From contig JBDRBQ010000072.1 of assembly GCA_043822625.1 (NCBI GenBank), positions 1 to 61,176 of the forward strand: DNA of 61,176 nucleotides. The letters are read 5' to 3'. Position numbers and translations under genes: made by a program. The stretch is from Candidatus Omnitrophota bacterium (GTDB lineage Bacteria; Omnitrophota; Gorgyraeia; DAOVKU01). Below the pieces are notes generated by a model. It made no database searches and had not been told where the DNA came from. It was given only the letters and a program-made list of their open reading frames with translations. Every line of letters starts with the position of its first letter. The stretch's first letter is position 1. Shown piece by piece: positions 59,518-61,176 of the stretch.

Positions 59518-60387
59518 ATGAAAAAGTTAATAAAAGGTATTATTGTATGTTGCGTTTCTATTGTGTTTTTCGCGATAATTTATCAAACAGCTGGTTTTGC
59601 CCAAGAAGAAAAAATAACCGAACAAGTACTGGCGACATTTGATGGAGGAGAAATTACTCTTGATGAATTTAACCAGATTTTAAGCGAACTCCCCGAGCAG
59701 TATCAGACTTTAGCTCAGCAAGACAAAGAAAAAGTTTTAAATATGATTATTGAACAAAAATTATTATTAAAAGAAGCTCTCGCGGGAAATTTAGATAAGA
59801 CAGAAGATGCTAAAAAGAAGATTGATGCCGCAAAGGATCAGATTTTGATTCACGAATTAATTGCAAGAGAAATTCAGAATATATCGGTTACAGAACAAGA
59901 GATGAAGCAATATTACGAATTAAATAAAAATGAATTTCAGGAGCCGGAAAAGATAAGAGCCAGGCATATTCTGGTAGATACAGAAAAAGAAGCAAAGCAG
60001 ATTCTGAAAGAATTACGCAAGGGTGCTGATTTTGCCAAATTAGCCCGGGAAAAATCAACATGTCCCAGCAAAGAACAGGGCGGGGATTTAGGTTTTTTTG
60101 GTAGGGGGCAGATGGTTAAAGAATTTGAAGACGCGGCATTTAAACTTAATCCAGGTGAAATAAGTGATGTGGTAAAAACTCAATTTGGTTATCATGTCAT
60201 TGAAGTCGAAGATAAAAAACCGGCAATAATAAAAACTTATGATGAAGCAATAGATACGATTAAGCAGAAATTAACTATGCAGAGACAACAGCAAAAAATA
60301 AATGATTTAATAGAGTCTCTGAAAAAAGAAAATAATCTTGTAATAAATAAAGAAGCTGTGTCTGAAAAAAATGAAGAAAAGCAATAA
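59518..60387 (+). CDS. PpiC-type peptidyl-prolyl isomerase (PrsA/SurA-like foldase)
   Basis: Signal peptide, ARHILV, GGDLGFF, MVKEFEDAAF, TQFGYHVI; SD AGGAGG. Confidence 0.92.
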   Translation: MKKLIKGIIVCCVSIVFFAIIYQTAGFAQEEKITEQVLATFDGGEITLDEFNQILSELPEQYQTLAQQDKEKVLNMIIEQKLLLKEALAGNLDKTEDAKKKIDAAKDQILIHELIAREIQNISVTEQEMKQYYELNKNEFQEPEKIRARHILVDTEKEAKQILKELRKGADFAKLAREKSTCPSKEQGGDLGFFGRGQMVKEFEDAAFKLNPGEISDVVKTQFGYHVIEVEDKKPAIIKTYDEAIDTIKQKLTMQRQQQKINDLIESLKKENNLVINKEAVSEKNEEKQ

Positions 60388-60438
60388 TAGCAATAATACA
60401 ACAATAGTGTTGTATTTGTATTATTGAGTTGAGCTGTT

Positions 60439-60480
60439 ACTCGGAATTTGTATTGATACCCATCAATACAAATTCCGAGT
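60439..60480. repeat. Perfect 19-bp inverted repeat (hairpin or terminator)
   Basis: ACTCGGAATTTGTATTGAT-accc-ATCAATACAAATTCCGAGT. Confidence 0.85.
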
Positions 60481-60550
60481 TTAACCCTGAGAGATTTTAA
60501 AAGCAAAATGGATAATTACGCGTTTTCGTTGAAAATGGACGTAAGAGATT

Positions 60551-61135
60551 ATGAAACCGATTATGAAAAGCAGGCCGCAATATATAATCGAAAATTTAGC
60601 ATTAAAGCCTCACCCTGAGGGAGGTTATTTTAAAGAAGTATATCGCGCGGAAAAGATTTTAACCGTGGATGGGAAACAGCGTAATGCTGTTACGCAGATA
60701 TACTTTTTGCTTTTAGGGGGACAGGTTAGTAAAATTCACCGGATTTTATTTGATGAAATATGGCATTTTTATGAAGGCACGCCGCTTTTATTGCTTGATA
60801 TAAACAGCGATTTTTCCGGTTATGAAGAAATTCTTTTAGGTAGGCAGGAGAGAGGCACAATCAAATATAATCACTGTATAAAAGGCGGTAGGTGGCAGTC
60901 CGCTGAAAGTTTAGGTGAATATACTCTGGTTGGCTGTACAGTTTCTCCGGGCTTTGATTTTCAGGATTTCGAGATGCCGGATAATAAACTAAGCAAAGAT
61001 ATTAGTAGCAAACAACCGCAATTAATTAAATATCTAGTAACATTTCAGTTAACCGCAGAGAATAATCCACAAGCGGCGTCATCGCGGGGAGCACAGCGAA
61101 GAAGAGATCTCTATAAAAATAGAATTACCGGATAA
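60551..61135 (+). CDS. Cupin_5 (DUF985) family protein
   Basis: LKPHPEGGYF, IYFLL, EIWHFYEG, WQSA, GCTVSPGFDFQDF. Confidence 0.9.
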   Translation: MKPIMKSRPQYIIENLALKPHPEGGYFKEVYRAEKILTVDGKQRNAVTQIYFLLLGGQVSKIHRILFDEIWHFYEGTPLLLLDINSDFSGYEEILLGRQERGTIKYNHCIKGGRWQSAESLGEYTLVGCTVSPGFDFQDFEMPDNKLSKDISSKQPQLIKYLVTFQLTAENNPQAASSRGAQRRRDLYKNRITG

Positions 61136-61176
61136 AATTTACGGTGGGGTTGCTATTGTTTCCAAAAACGTTTTAT

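Overview
AT-rich bacterial core-genome window with every recognisable gene but one on the + strand. Gene order and protein style suggest an anaerobic PVC-superphylum organism such as Ca. Omnitrophota; this is inference and was not tested. In order: 3' end of a site-2 protease, aroB, a GNAT, an internally deleted nnrE, a SPOR protein, a demi-Lrp/AsnC, rplM-rpsI, and a ~16 kb biosynthetic run (argCJBDFG-[DUF2281/PemK TA]-argH-lysA-dapF-dapA-dapB-dapL-folK-panC-nadX). Then an unannotated 46-aa Lys-rich ORF, tRNA-Lys/Leu/Gly, tig-clpP-lon (no clpX), class V aminotransferase-serA, a probable Re-citrate synthase, a TPR protein, purA, a Thermotoga-type Na+-PPase, an OmpA/MotB protein and uppS-cdsA-dxr-rseP. 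A 2 kb repeat-bounded island with two TA modules follows, then ispG-proS-rimP-nusA-infB-trpS-scpAB-pheA-hisC-aroF-tyrA-cmk-plsC-rpsA and five small genes. I saw no CRISPR array, rRNA, transposase or integrase. The least explained signals are a dense population of small palindromic (REP-like) and heptamer inverted repeats that bound the TA island, nest inside each other and extend the ends of housekeeping genes, and the small basic ORF. All product calls come from motif recognition by eye; no searches were run.
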